Assembly: GCF_021028975.2 (NCBI RefSeq)
Contig: NC_059428.1
Coordinates: 102,300,001 to 102,364,000, forward strand
Length of the DNA: 64,000 nucleotides
Origin: Sphaerodactylus townsendi
Taxonomy: Eukaryota
Reading direction: 5' to 3'
Shown here: piece by piece, positions 63,880-64,000 of the stretch
Layout: the number at the start of each line of letters is the position of its first letter
How positions within the stretch are numbered: the stretch's first letter is position 1
The notes under the pieces: generated by a model
Seen by the model: only the letters and a program-made list of their open reading frames with translations
Told to the model about the DNA's origin: nothing
Databases searched by the model: none
Translations under genes and position numbers: made by a program

Positions 63880-64000
63880 CAGTGATGGCGAACCTTTTTG
63901 AGACCGAGTGCCCAAACTGCAACTCAAAACCCATTTATGTATCGCAAAGTGCCAATACGGCAATTTAACCTGAATACTAAAGTTTTTGTTTAGAAAAAAC
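63880..64000 (-). mobile_element. hAT-Charlie element terminus, runs off window
   Basis: Reverse complement of 33385-33501; TIR CAGTGATGGCGAACCT. Confidence 0.9.

Overview
Eukaryotic, AT-rich, repeat-dense vertebrate DNA. The repeat inventory (Squam3- and Squam2-like tRNA SINEs, 5S-rRNA-derived Sauria-type SINEs, CR1, L2, RTE-BovB and R4/Dong LINEs, hAT and PIF/Harbinger MITEs) points to a squamate reptile, most likely a gecko (inference). Two N gaps (29784-29913, 61601-61772) show a scaffolded assembly. No complete protein-coding gene is present and nearly all ORFs in the track are spurious or TE-derived. The only recognisable protein sequences are retrotransposon fragments: CR1 RT 37127-37690, R4/Dong zinc knuckle plus restriction-like endonuclease 61774-62349, and L2 and BovB remnants. 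The window reads best as the long 5' intronic region of a minus-strand gene I cannot name. Candidate exons are 50194-50216 (23-nt microexon), 49725-49934 (11 ATGs), 40914-40988, an alternative first exon ending at 40430, and 28595-28841 (49-codon N-terminal ORF). The most unusual structures seen directly are a mosaic of templated insertions inside a BovB remnant (62575-63210), several fold-back rearranged palindromes, a local duplication later split by a hAT MITE, a SPIN-type MITE and a tandem E-box module. I found no convincing wholly new biological system. Family names are from recall, not database searches.
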